From assembly GCA_964016885.1 (NCBI GenBank), contig OZ024754.1:37944001-38008000 (forward strand): DNA of 64,000 bases. The letters are read 5' to 3'. A program made the translations under genes and the position numbers. This DNA comes from Eledone cirrhosa (Eukaryota). Every line of letters starts with the position of its first letter. Within the stretch, counting starts at the first letter, position 1. Under the pieces are notes generated by a model. That model did not search any database. It saw only the letters and a program-made list of their open reading frames with translations, and was not told the DNA's origin. Positions 41,805-53,122 of the stretch are shown piece after piece.

Positions 41805-42179
41805 CTATTTGCTGCTGGTATATTTGGTGACAGCCTTTGTACCCTCAGAGACAGCATGTTTGGCTAATTCACCAGGAAGGAGAAGACGGACAGCGGTCTG
41901 GACTTCACGGCTACTAATGGTTGAACGTTTGTTGTAGTGAGCCAAACGGCTAGATTCATTAGCTATTCTTTCGAACAGATCGTTAACAAAACTGTTCATG
42001 ATGGACATAGCTTTGCTGGAAATACCAGTGTCGGGATGGACTTGTTTCATTACTTTGTAAATATAGATGGAGTAGCTTTCCTTCCTCTTCCTCTTCTTTT
42101 TCTTATCTCCGGTACGTGGAGGTTTAGCCTTAGCAGCCTTCTTCGCTCCTTTCGACGGTGCTGCTGGTGCGGGCGGCAT
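41805..42179 (-). CDS. H2B: histone H2B
   Basis: intact 124-aa ORF ...[27 protein letters not shown]...[16 protein letters not shown]. Confidence 0.99.
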   Translation of the reverse strand: MPPAPAAPSKGAKKAAKAKPPRTGDKKKKRKRKESYSIYIYKVMKQVHPDTGISSKAMSIMNSFVNDLFERIANESSRLAHYNKRSTISSREVQTAVRLLLPGELAKHAVSEGTKAVTKYTSSK

Positions 42180-42442
42180 AATTAACTATCAGTAGACAAG
42201 TTTGAGTGCTGTAAAACAACTACTCACAATTCTTTTTATAGTAAATAGGTAGGCTCACCGGTACACTTCACTCTCAATAATTCAGCGCAATTTCATTGGT
42301 GGAAATTGATGGTCATGTGACATGCTATCCCCGCCTCTATTGCGGCTGCTGACACTTTCTGGAGCCTATTGTGGTGTATATAATGCCAGACAGTAACATT
42401 TGAGATTAGATTCATTATTTTCATACATCGATACGTATCGCC
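42180..42442. promoter_or_regulatory. divergent H2B/H2A promoter
   Basis: 263-bp spacer with TATA-like boxes facing each gene (TATAAAAA on minus near 42240, TATATAA near 42377) and ATTGG (CCAAT) near 42295. Confidence 0.65.
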
Positions 42443-42740
42443 ATGATTAGACGTGGTAAAGGGGGTAAAGTTAAGGGAAAGGGCAAGACTCGATCATCAC
42501 GTGCTGGATTTCAGTTCCCTGTTGGCCGTAAAGGGAATTATCTCCAACGTATTGGTGCTGGTGTCCCAGTCTACTTGGCCGCTGTTATGGAATATTTAGC
42601 TGCTAGAAATAAGAAATCAAGAATCACCCCCCCCCCCCATCACTTGTAGTTGACTATCCTTAATGACGAAGAATTGAACTGTGCTTCCCAGCATTCAGGT
42701 TGTACCATTCAACAAGAAGACCCAGAAAGCCGCCAAGTAA
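42443..42740 (+). pseudogene. H2A: histone H2A pseudogene
   Basis: [26 protein letters not shown]|[23 protein letters not shown]|RNKKSRI...HL*LTILNDEELN|VLPSIQ...KKTQKAAK*; three internal deletions, premature TAG, no 3' stem-loop. Confidence 0.95.
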
Positions 42741-42869
42741 ATACATCATTAAAACTTTACGTATTAAATTCCAATTGCTTATATCTAATTTGATCAGCTG
42801 TCTAATTGACGCTAGTCCATCGCAGGGTTAAAACCTCAGTTGTTTGCTGGTACTCATTTGCAACTGTTT

Positions 42870-43783
42870 TGCTCAAGAACGCCAAATCAGGGGGATAGGG
42901 AGGGAGAGCAACCAGTTCAAAACTAGTCTCGCACTGCAGCCATTGAAACCAAGGACCTGTGTGCTGGAGCATTATCCCGATAAAACAATACCGGTTTCGT
43001 AAGTTTTCCTGGGTCTTGATAGCCTTTCGTAACTGTCTAAGCAAGTTGGCATAGTACTTTCCATTGATGGTGTGACCAGTTTGAACTTGGCCTTCTTTGG
43101 ATCTGGTGAGGAGGGGGTGTTTCCACTGCATGGATAGCTTTTCGTGTCTGGTTGAAAGTGATGAACTCAACACTCATCCTGGGTTAGAAAACGTTCAAGG
43201 AAACCAGATGGATCTACCTCAAACAATGTCAGATTATCCCGTGATGTGATCATATGTCAGAAGATGTGGCACCCACCGAGCAGAAAACTTCGTCACGGGA
43301 TATGCTAATGGCATTGGCTATTTAATTTATAGTTAATCGCCTGTCATCCATCACCATGTGGTGAATACGATCAACTTTTTCCTCGGTGGTGGCAGTTGTT
43401 GGACGTCCAAACCTTGGGTCATCTTCAAAGCTATCTCTTCCCTCCCCAAATTCAACTGCCCACCTTTGTACTGTTGATAAAGTTAAAGCATCACTCCCTA
43501 ATGTAGCGACCATCTCAGCATGATTGTCCTTCGAGGCTAAACCCTTTTTCTGCAGGTACTTGGTGCTAACTTTTGTCCATTTTCTAGAGAAGTCGCTACT
43601 CGTTACGTTTGAAGTGTTCTTTGAACAATTAGATGTCAGTTTACCTGGAAAGGAATAATACTGTTATTAATAAGAGTTAATATCAGAAATCGTTATTAAG
43701 AGTTGAAATTAATGCATGCAAGATTTCACAGCTCTAGCATTACTCCTTTATAGTCAGCCTATGAACTTTTCAGCTCGCCCTTG
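42870..43783 (-). mobile_element. decayed mariner (Tc1/mariner) element
   Basis: TVQRWAVEF..GRDSFEDDPRFGRP..DRRLT, WVPHL, TQDEC, HTINGKYYANLL, PPYPPDLA; one TIR CAAGGGCGAGCTGAAAAGTTCATAGGCTGA. Confidence 0.9.
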
Positions 43784-43800
43784 TGTGTGTGTGTATGAGT

Positions 43801-43838
<38 letters not shown>

Positions 43839-44784
43839 CGAAGGAAGTGTGGTAAGGAACCAGATGGACCATAACGCACCAGAGTACTCAATACTTAGAA
43901 TGGGTAATAGGGAAATGTTTAACCCAGACGGCTTGACCTCTGCCGTCGGGGTTAAACATTTTCCTATATATATATATATATATATATGTGTGTTTGTGTG
44001 TAAACCTTAACCTGTCCCTGACTCAAACTATTACACTACCCATAGAAACCTAACGATCAACGCCAATCGAAGCCCTTCAACGAAATCCGAACCCTTAATG
44101 TATACCCTACCAGCTAACCCTTAAATCTCAACTGCTAAAGAAAGGTGTGTGAATCCTAGCTATTGTCTCTAATGAAAGAGCGAAGCTGAAATATATAATA
44201 CAATTTAAAAACTTATAAAATAGATTTTAGAAAAAACAGTTCGCATGAAACAATTTTCCCACCAGAGAAATTTAAATATAAAATCTCTAACCCTTAAATT
44301 CTAACTCTAACAGCTAACTCCTAAACTGTAACATTGTCACTAACAACTAACCCTTAAAATGTGATAAAAACTGTACAATATACATGGCAGGGTTAGAGGG
44401 TCGGGCTTACAATCGGGAGGTTGTGAGTTCGTTTCTCGGACCGGGCTTTGTGTCTTGAGCAAGACACTTTATTTCACGTTGCACCAGTTCACTGGTGCCA
44501 AGCTGTATCAGCCATTGTCTTTCCCTTGGACAACATCGGTGGCGTGGAGAGGGGAGACTAGTATGCATGGGCGACTACTGGTCTTCCACAAACATCCTTG
44601 CCTGGACTTGGGCCTCAGAGGGGAACTTTCTAAGTTCAAATCTCTTGGTCATTCGTGACCGTAAGGGGTCTTGACCTCGTAAAAGAAAGAAGAAAAAAAA
44701 AAGGAAAGGAATTAAAAGAGTAAGAAAAACGGAATTGAGCAACGTAAGAAAGGGGATGGACAGTCATTACATTCTAGTCTGAAC

Positions 44785-44870
44785 AGTGTTTCAGCGGTGC
44801 CCCGCGGACAATAGCCAGCGACACCCCCTGCAATAGCCACTCCACCTCACGGGGTTCGTTCTTCAAGAGG
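44785..44870 (-). mobile_element. CRE-like retrotransposon short C-terminal fragment
   Basis: NEPREVEWLLQGVSLAIVRG on minus strand. Confidence 0.6.
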
Positions 44871-45205
44871 TTTACTGTCTTTCCGATTTTACGGAGAAAA
44901 TCTGTAGTGTGGGGGTCTAAGGATACCAGAGATCTCGATATTGTCAGCATATTTGTATTTTATAAGGGTTTCTTAAGTAAAACTGAAAAGGTTGGTCCTT
45001 TACATTTTGATGTTTGTATGTATTGTACATATGAAGCAAAGTTAGTGTTGTTATGAAAGAGGATGTATAAACACAACTACAATAGTTTTGGTTAGATATA
45101 GAATTTTACTTCACTCCAGTTAAAAAGGAAAAAGAGTATGTATTTATTATGCTACATTAGATTATAAAGTGGCAAGTTGCTTCAGGGTGTACATACTAAC
45201 ATAGG

Positions 45206-45365
45206 CAGGGCCGTCTTAACGCATGGGCACGCTGAGCAGTTGCCAGGGGGGCCCCACGAGGATAGGGGGCCCATTTGTATTTTTATTCCTGTGAGTGGTT
45301 GTGTAGGTAGGGGCCCTAGTGCTAGGGGGGGGGGGGGGGGCTATAATGCTGTTAAGACGACCATG
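45206..45365. mobile_element. hAT-like MITE
   Basis: TIR CAGGGCCGTCTTAAC ... GTTAAGACGACCATG; 8-bp TSD AACATAGG/AGCATAGG. Confidence 0.8.
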
Positions 45366-46323
45366 AGCATAGGTAGCAGTAAGCTCGTAGTACAAAGGAT
45401 CTGTGTTAGTATCAAAGGCAGATCAGTCTGTGTGGTTGAAGTGCTGATGAAAAAATTGGTGTCAACAGGGCCAACGTTTATTTTTGCTAAATGCTACATC
45501 TTTCTAGTGATGCCTCTTTTCCAAGTTACCAGAGTTGACTGACACAAAAAAAAAGAACTTATTTCGCTTTCACTTCGAGCTGACCAGTCACTCCAGACAA
45601 AACGACGCCAACTCAGGTAAAAGAGAAATGGCAGCTAGATGTCCACTGCCGAAGCGTATGTCTGCCTCTCGCTCCCGTGAATCAGGGTTTGTAATTGTGT
45701 GTGTACGTTTATGTGTGAAGAAATTTCGCCACATATACACACACATAAAACCCTAAACTTGTCCCTGACTCTAACAGTAGTTGGAATTTATAAAACCCGA
45801 CTCCCATACATATATTGCTCCATACACGTAACATTTCCTATCCACCCCGATAGGAAGGGCTTTTTTGTTGGGTCAATGAACGGCAACTTCCCTAATACTG
45901 GTGCTGCGATAAAACGCACACACACACATATATATATATATATAACCCTAAACCTCTCCTTAGCTGAAACCCTAACCTCACTCGCCAAGGAGAGATATAC
46001 TAAACCTAGCTCTTGTCCCTAATGAAAGACAGAAAGAGGCTTAAATATATATATAATATACAGTTTCAAAATGCAATTTATATTTTTTTTAAATTAAATA
46101 AACAAGAAACAACATATACATATCAGAGAAATCCTAACCATTTTTTCCAACTCTAAAAATCACCTCTAAACTCTAACATTAATTCGTACATAATTCCACA
46201 CGAAGCAAATTAAATTTAGTTAAGACAAACAATTTCTTTATAATACAAGGGAGCTAACTCCTAGTAAATACAGCTAAAAATATGTAAAACTAATTGGTCA
46301 TGCAGTATTAACTAATTCCTTTC

Positions 46324-46359
<36 letters not shown>

Positions 46360-46417
46360 AATTCGTATTCTCTCTCTTTCTCTCTCTCGTCTGATGCCAT
46401 TACTTAGTTATAATAAA

Positions 46418-46472
<55 letters not shown>

Positions 46473-46604
46473 GGATGAGAGTAGGGCTGTGTGGTTACTG
46501 ATAACAGGTGTTAGAAGGTAAGGAGACAAAAACAAGAGGTGGACAGTCTCCCTTCGTCAGTAGTTAACTACGGATCACGGATGTTTCGGCGCATTATTAA
46601 CTAT

Positions 46605-46785
46605 GGATTGGCAGTATCGGTAGAGGATCGGACGCCATGCTTTGACGCATAGAGTTACGGCCCTTGCCATTCTGAGTTCAAATCCCGCCGAGGTTAACTT
46701 TGCCTTTCATCCTTACGTGGTCGATAAAATAAAGTACCAGTAATGTACTGAGTTAATTGCTGGCCTTGTGCCAAAAGTAGAAACA
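46605..46785 (+). mobile_element. tRNA-derived SINE family A, representative copy (>=15 copies/fragments in window, e.g. 1454, 8611, 9447, 13942, 26622, 33280, 39817, 47600, 58478)
   Basis: A-box TGGCAGTATCGG, B-box GAGTTCAAATCC, core GCCTTTCATCCTTACGNGGTCGATAAAATAAAGTACC, tail AGTAGAAACA(ATT)n; TSD ATTATTAACTAT. Confidence 0.88.
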
Positions 46786-48395
46786 ATTATTAACTATATG
46801 TGTGTGTAAAAGGTAAACAGAAATAACACAATCGGTACAGTATATGGAAGGAATATGTTAGGTTAACGCTTGAAATAGCAGGAAGAGGGTCTTAACGTTT
46901 CGGATGCTAGTCCTTCATCAGAAGAAAGAATGAGAAATTAGATAGGTTAAAGGAACGGGCGGGGTGGAATTGGAAAAAATGTTTTTAGAGAAACGTTACA
47001 GGACCATTCATGTTGCCATTAAAGAATCATCATCATCATCGTTTAACGTCCATTTTCCACGCTAGCATGGGTCTGGGCGGGAATTGTCCCATTTGAGGCA
47101 AGATTGGTTGTCTTGCTCAGGACTGTCTGGCGGGTTTTCTACGGCTGGATGCCCTTCCTAACACCAACCACGTTTACAGTGTGGACTGGGAGGTTTTTAC
47201 TGTGTTACCTACATATATATATATATATATATTGCTGTCAGATGTTGGCATGGTTGTTGCAAAATATTCTTCTAACTCGGTGGTTCGCAAAATGTTTACC
47301 GCGGCACAGCAGTGCGCTGCGACATGTAACTAGATGTGCCACAAAGACTATAACTTTTAAGATGTGAAAAATACAAACTGAAATTCAGTGAGAGAGAAGG
47401 GTGTGTGTGATATCCACCAGTTATATGGTGGATATCACACACACTAACTGGCAATACAGCTAATAGTTAGGATGAGAGAGAGAGAATACACGTAGGATAT
47501 GTGAAATAATACAAAATGTAGGGGACAAATGTTCCTTAATTCCATTTTTACTTTTGGTAAATTCCCTTTCTTTTTCTGTTTCATTATTGATAAACTCATG
47601 GGTCGGACGCCATGCTTTCAAGCATAGTTACGTCCCTTTACGATCTGAGTTCAAATCCCGCCGAGGTTGACTTTGCCTTTCATCCTTACGGGGTCGATAA
47701 AATAAAGTACCAGTAATGCACTGGGTAATTGCTGGCCTTGTGCCTAAAGTAGAAACAATTATTGATAAACTCATGAGATGATAGGGACTGGGGTCCATAT
47801 CATTCCAATGCAAAGTGGTTGTGGAGGTGCCACGGCAAAAAAGCACCCAGCACTCACTGTAAATGAGGTTGGTGTTAGGAAGGGCATCCAGCTGTGGAAA
47901 TCAAGCCAGAATCAGTTCCTGTATGAACAACAGAACTGTTTCAAAGCCATTATCTCTGCTAAGGCAGTGGTTACTCTTGTGACGCGGGAATACATTGCAT
48001 ATGTGTGTGCAAACCTTTCTGTATATATCGTCATTGTGTTATATGCATATTCAGTGCCTTGGGTTGGTTTTCTTGGTGTCACACTTTATAACTGTTGTAT
48101 TTATTCTGGACCTAATAATTTTAACTTTTGCTCCATTGAGTGCTTTGTGATTGCCTCAAACGAATTGAATAGTACTTGCTGTGCAACAGGTAAAACTTTG
48201 ATTTACACCTGTTATATATATATATATAGAGAGAGAGAGAGGTAGAACACTGGAAGGTAATATCCGTAGTGGTAGAGCACTCAGTCCATGGGACGAGTTT
48301 GGTAGAAGCTGCAACACAACAGTTAGTTCACCATTCCGAGAACAATTGTTTCACCTTATGCGGATCTTGAGCTCGGACGTCCTCTCCACACATAG

Positions 48396-48438
48396 TCCGA
48401 GCTGAAGATCCGCATAAGGTGAAAGAATTGTTCTTGGA
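48396..48438 (+). ncRNA. minimal hammerhead ribozyme motif, one lesion per arm (mirror copy 48335-48377 minus)
   Basis: two-arm consensus TCCGAG-CTGAAGA-TCC-GCATAA-GGT-GAAAC-AATT-GTT-CTCGGA. Confidence 0.6.
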
Positions 48439-48553
48439 ATGGTGAACTAACTGTTGTGTTACAACTTCTATATATATATATATATATAAATACTCTTTTT
48501 GATTGAAATATAATTAGGTGATTAGAAATATACAAATTTCTGTTTTACCTCAG

Positions 48554-48594
<41 letters not shown>

Positions 48595-48657
48595 TTTTTT
48601 TTCATAGCTCTTTAAACATTTGATGTATTTTGTATTAATAATAACCTATTTATTTAC

Positions 48658-48713
<56 letters not shown>

Positions 48714-49248
48714 GGGCCTTCTCTCTATAACAGCCTGTAGGTTGAGGAAAAAGAGAGGAAAGGGGTACAAACTCTTCATACTCCTGGAGATGAGGGTTGC
48801 ACATTTTTTCGCGGGGTATGTGTTACCCATATGAAATGTCTCCCCCTATTGGGGAAAACCGATTAATTTTAAATTGCATTTGTGATAGTATTTTACACGT
48901 TTTTATTGCATGTAAACTTCCCCCTTTGTATTTGTCCCCTTCTTTTGTGCCCCTGTGGCTAATAAAGAAACATATCTACCTATCTATCAATCTATATCTT
49001 TCTCACCACATACACACACACATATGAGATCAACACTGTTTACACTGAACATATGTAGAGTAATGTGAGGTGTGTGTGTAAGATCAAGTGTCCACAGACA
49101 TACTGATTAGATTTCCAATCAAGTTTCTTTGAAAAGAAGTCAACTCTCTCAAATACAATAAATATCTGAAACATAAGAGGTCTTTCCTGTCTCCTGTCAA
49201 GAAGTCAGTAATGTCAGCTTTCCCCTCCTATCCAACTTTTCAGTCTTC

Positions 49249-49448
49249 NNNNNNNNNNNNNNNNNNNNNNNNNNNNNNNNNNNNNNNNNNNNNNNNNNNN
49301 NNNNNNNNNNNNNNNNNNNNNNNNNNNNNNNNNNNNNNNNNNNNNNNNNNNNNNNNNNNNNNNNNNNNNNNNNNNNNNNNNNNNNNNNNNNNNNNNNNNN
49401 NNNNNNNNNNNNNNNNNNNNNNNNNNNNNNNNNNNNNNNNNNNNNNNN
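49249..49448. other. assembly gap (200 N)
   Basis: run of n. Confidence 0.99.
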
Positions 49449-49579
49449 TTATTAGCCACAGGGGCACAAAAGAAGGGGACAAATACAAAGGGGGAAGTTT
49501 ACATACAATAAAAAACGTGTAAAATGTTATCACAGATGGAATTGTAAAAGTTAGTCGATTTTCCCCAATAGAGGGAGAC

Positions 49580-49618
<39 letters not shown>

Positions 49619-49963
49619 GGGGAGAGTGAAAGAAAGAAAGACAGGGATATAGAGAGAAAAAGAGAGAGAGGAAGAGGGGAGAGAGAAGCAGATAGAGAGA
49701 GAGGCAGAGAGGGGAGAGAGAAAAGAGAGACGGAGAGAGGGAGAGAGAGAGAGAGGGAGAGATAGGCAGAGAGAGGGAGGAAAGAGAGAGAGAGGAAGAG
49801 AGAGAGGGAGAGATGGCCGTTGAGTAAAGTGAAGCATTCAATACAGAAGAAAATACAATTTTACCATGGAGATTAGCAGCAATCCTCGCAGTTGTAGTTT
49901 TGGTGATTAGAACTGAGATAACATGGCAAAGCAACAGTGTTTACAAAAACTAGAAAAGAAAGG

Positions 49964-49964
<1 letters not shown>

Positions 49965-50000
<36 letters not shown>

Positions 50001-50024
50001 TATATATAATTAATATATATATTA

Positions 50025-50059
<35 letters not shown>

Positions 50060-50079
50060 ATATATACTATATATATATA

Positions 50080-50123
<44 letters not shown>

Positions 50124-50125
50124 AT

Positions 50126-50156
<31 letters not shown>

Positions 50157-50194
50157 AATTATATATATATAATTATATATATATATATTATATA

Positions 50195-50238
<44 letters not shown>

Positions 50239-50318
50239 ATATAATATATATATATTATATATTATATATTTACTATATATATAATTATATATATTATATA
50301 TATATATCATTATATATA

Positions 50319-50364
<46 letters not shown>

Positions 50365-50429
50365 ATATTATATATATTATATATTTATTATATATTATAT
50401 ATATATATATATATATACTATATATATAT

Positions 50430-50461
<32 letters not shown>

Positions 50462-50484
50462 ATATATATTATATTATATATATA

Positions 50485-50529
<45 letters not shown>

Positions 50530-50591
50530 CATATATATACTAATATAATATTATATATATATAATATATAATATATCTAATATAATATTAT

Positions 50592-50641
<50 letters not shown>

Positions 50642-50712
50642 ATATATATGATATATATATATATATATGATATTATATAGTATATACTATATATGAATAT
50701 GATATATATATA
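49965..50712. repeat. long degenerate (TA)n tract (others at 3822-3903, 4532-4632, 4775-4934, 9126-9440)
   Basis: direct reading. Confidence 0.95.
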
Positions 50713-50720
50713 TGATGTTA

Positions 50721-50916
50721 TCTATAATATTATAAAGCTGAGCGTCGTATGTATGTATTATGTATGTATGTATCCTACACACCTCCCTATAGTTTCTTAG
50801 CTTTACTCTTTCGGTCGCTCTTCCCTCTCTATATGACAACACTGTTTTAGTTTCCGTATCTCCCTTCAATATATGCACACATAGAGAGAGAGAGAGAGAG
50901 GGGGGGAGAGACAAAT

Positions 50917-50958
<42 letters not shown>

Positions 50959-51087
50959 GAGAAGAGAGAGAGAGAGAGAGAGCACACATCTACAGAAAAA
51001 CAGAGGGAGAGGAAAAGTGAGAGATAGGCCGTTAGACAGAGAGAGAGATACAATTAAAGTGTTAGTTATTCAGAGATAGAGAGAGAG

Positions 51088-51124
<37 letters not shown>

Positions 51125-51125
51125 T

Positions 51126-51183
<58 letters not shown>

Positions 51184-51336
51184 ACCAGCAAGTGAACGAA
51201 TTTCGCAATGACGTTAAATCAAGTATCGGCATTAAATTAATTTTTAAAATAAACAATGTGTATGATCAAATGTAGCGGTGATTGAAAAATAACGTTCGTT
51301 TCCGTGGTATATCTTTCATCTGTCGTCGCTCGCATA

Positions 51337-51419
<83 letters not shown>

Positions 51420-51778
51420 ACACACACGACAACACACACACACACACACACAAATACACATACTTTCACACCTGATTTCGCCAATTGCCGGATAACATCA
51501 AAACAAAACACAGACGCACACATGCACATACGCACATACACAAACACAACATATCTATACATATAAAGCTGACGGTCGTATATATCTATGTATGTATGTA
51601 TGTATATTAACAACACAGCTTAACTCTTTCTTTTTTAAACTCATTTCTACGGTAGCTCCTCTCCCTTTGCTACGATGTCGGAAGGAGAATGTGACACGGG
51701 AGGGTATGTAGTATATTTGCAGTGGAGTGGTGGGGGGCAGGTATACCTAGCCGAGCGCCAGCCGGACGGGTCAGCTAG
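50721..51778 (+). mobile_element. non-autonomous Helitron filled with (GA)n/(CA)n microsatellites
   Basis: A|TCTATAATATTATAAAGCTG 5' end; 3' GC-rich hairpin-like CCGAGCGCCAGCCGG then CTAG|T; AT target. Confidence 0.7.
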
Positions 51779-51880
51779 TATATATATATAAATTATAATA
51801 TATATATTATAATATATATATATATATAGGAAAAAAGTATGACCCCGACGGCAGAGCTCAAGCCTTTTCTCGACGGCTAT

Positions 51881-51924
<44 letters not shown>

Positions 51925-52137
51925 CATTCTTTCTTCTGATGAAAGACTTAGCGTCCGAAACGTTAAGACCCTCTTCCTGCTATATCAAGCGTTAACCTAA
52001 TATATTCCTTCCATATACTGTACCGATTGTGTTGTTATTTCTGTTTACGCTTTTACATACATATATGTGTGTGTGTATATATATATATATATATCAAAAT
52101 GAAAATCCGAAGACAAGGTAAAATTCCAATCATTTAC

Positions 52138-52211
52138 TCACGACACATGTTTCAATAAGATATAGATCGATTGTGAAGCTATGATCGATTATCACTGATC
52201 TCATCAGGTGA
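52138..52211 (-). ncRNA. type I hammerhead ribozyme motif
   Basis: TCAC-CTGATGA-(long irregular stem II)-GAAAC-ATGT-GTC-GTGA; GUC triplet, palindromic ACATGT in helix III. Confidence 0.65.
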
Positions 52212-53122
52212 AAATCGATGGCTTCACAATCGATCTATCTCTTATTGAAACATGTGTCGTGATTAAATGATTGGAATTTTACCTTGCCTTCGGATTTTCC
52301 TTTTGATACTTATACTCCGTTTTACATCATCTAGCTGTTCCCTTGAATGGAATTGGAGATATACAAAAGCGTGGAGAACTTAATATTGCTAACATAAAGT
52401 TATTGGACCATTTTACACAAACCAATAATTCACCTTACTATATAACAACTATATATATATATGTGTGTGTGTGTGTATGACATGTATGTATACACACACA
52501 CACATCATATATATATATGCTAGCGTGGAAGATGGACGTTAAATGATGATGATGATGATGATGATATATATATATACTATATATATATATATAATATATA
52601 TATATCTATATATATATATATATATACACACATAAAAATTATACAGTGTGATCGCTTCTTACGTGAAGATGCGTTCGTGAAACGCGGCGCGTAAAAACAA
52701 ATTCGCGTAAATTCAAGACTAGAAGAAGAAGAAGAAGAAGAAGAAGAAGAAGAAGAAGAAGAAGAAGAAGAAGAGAAGAAGAAGAAGAAGAAGAAGAAGA
52801 AGAAGAGAAGAAGAAGAAGAAGAAGAAGAAGAAGAAGAAGAAGAAGAAGAAGAAGAAGAAGGAGGAGGAGGAGGAGAAGATGGAGGGGGATTGGAAAGGA
52901 GGAGGAGGGGGAGGAGGAATGGGCTGGAATATTTTTCATACTCTTAATTTTATAGAAATCAAGTTTGGCATGTGACCCTCGTGTTCTGGAACCTGGAAAC
53001 AATTTCCGAAGATATATTTTACACCCACTTTATAAGACTCTAGCTGAAGAACTGACAGCGTAAGTGGGTTAAAAAGAAAGAAAAACAATGGAAAATACAA
53101 AATAAATAAGGGATTTCTATAC

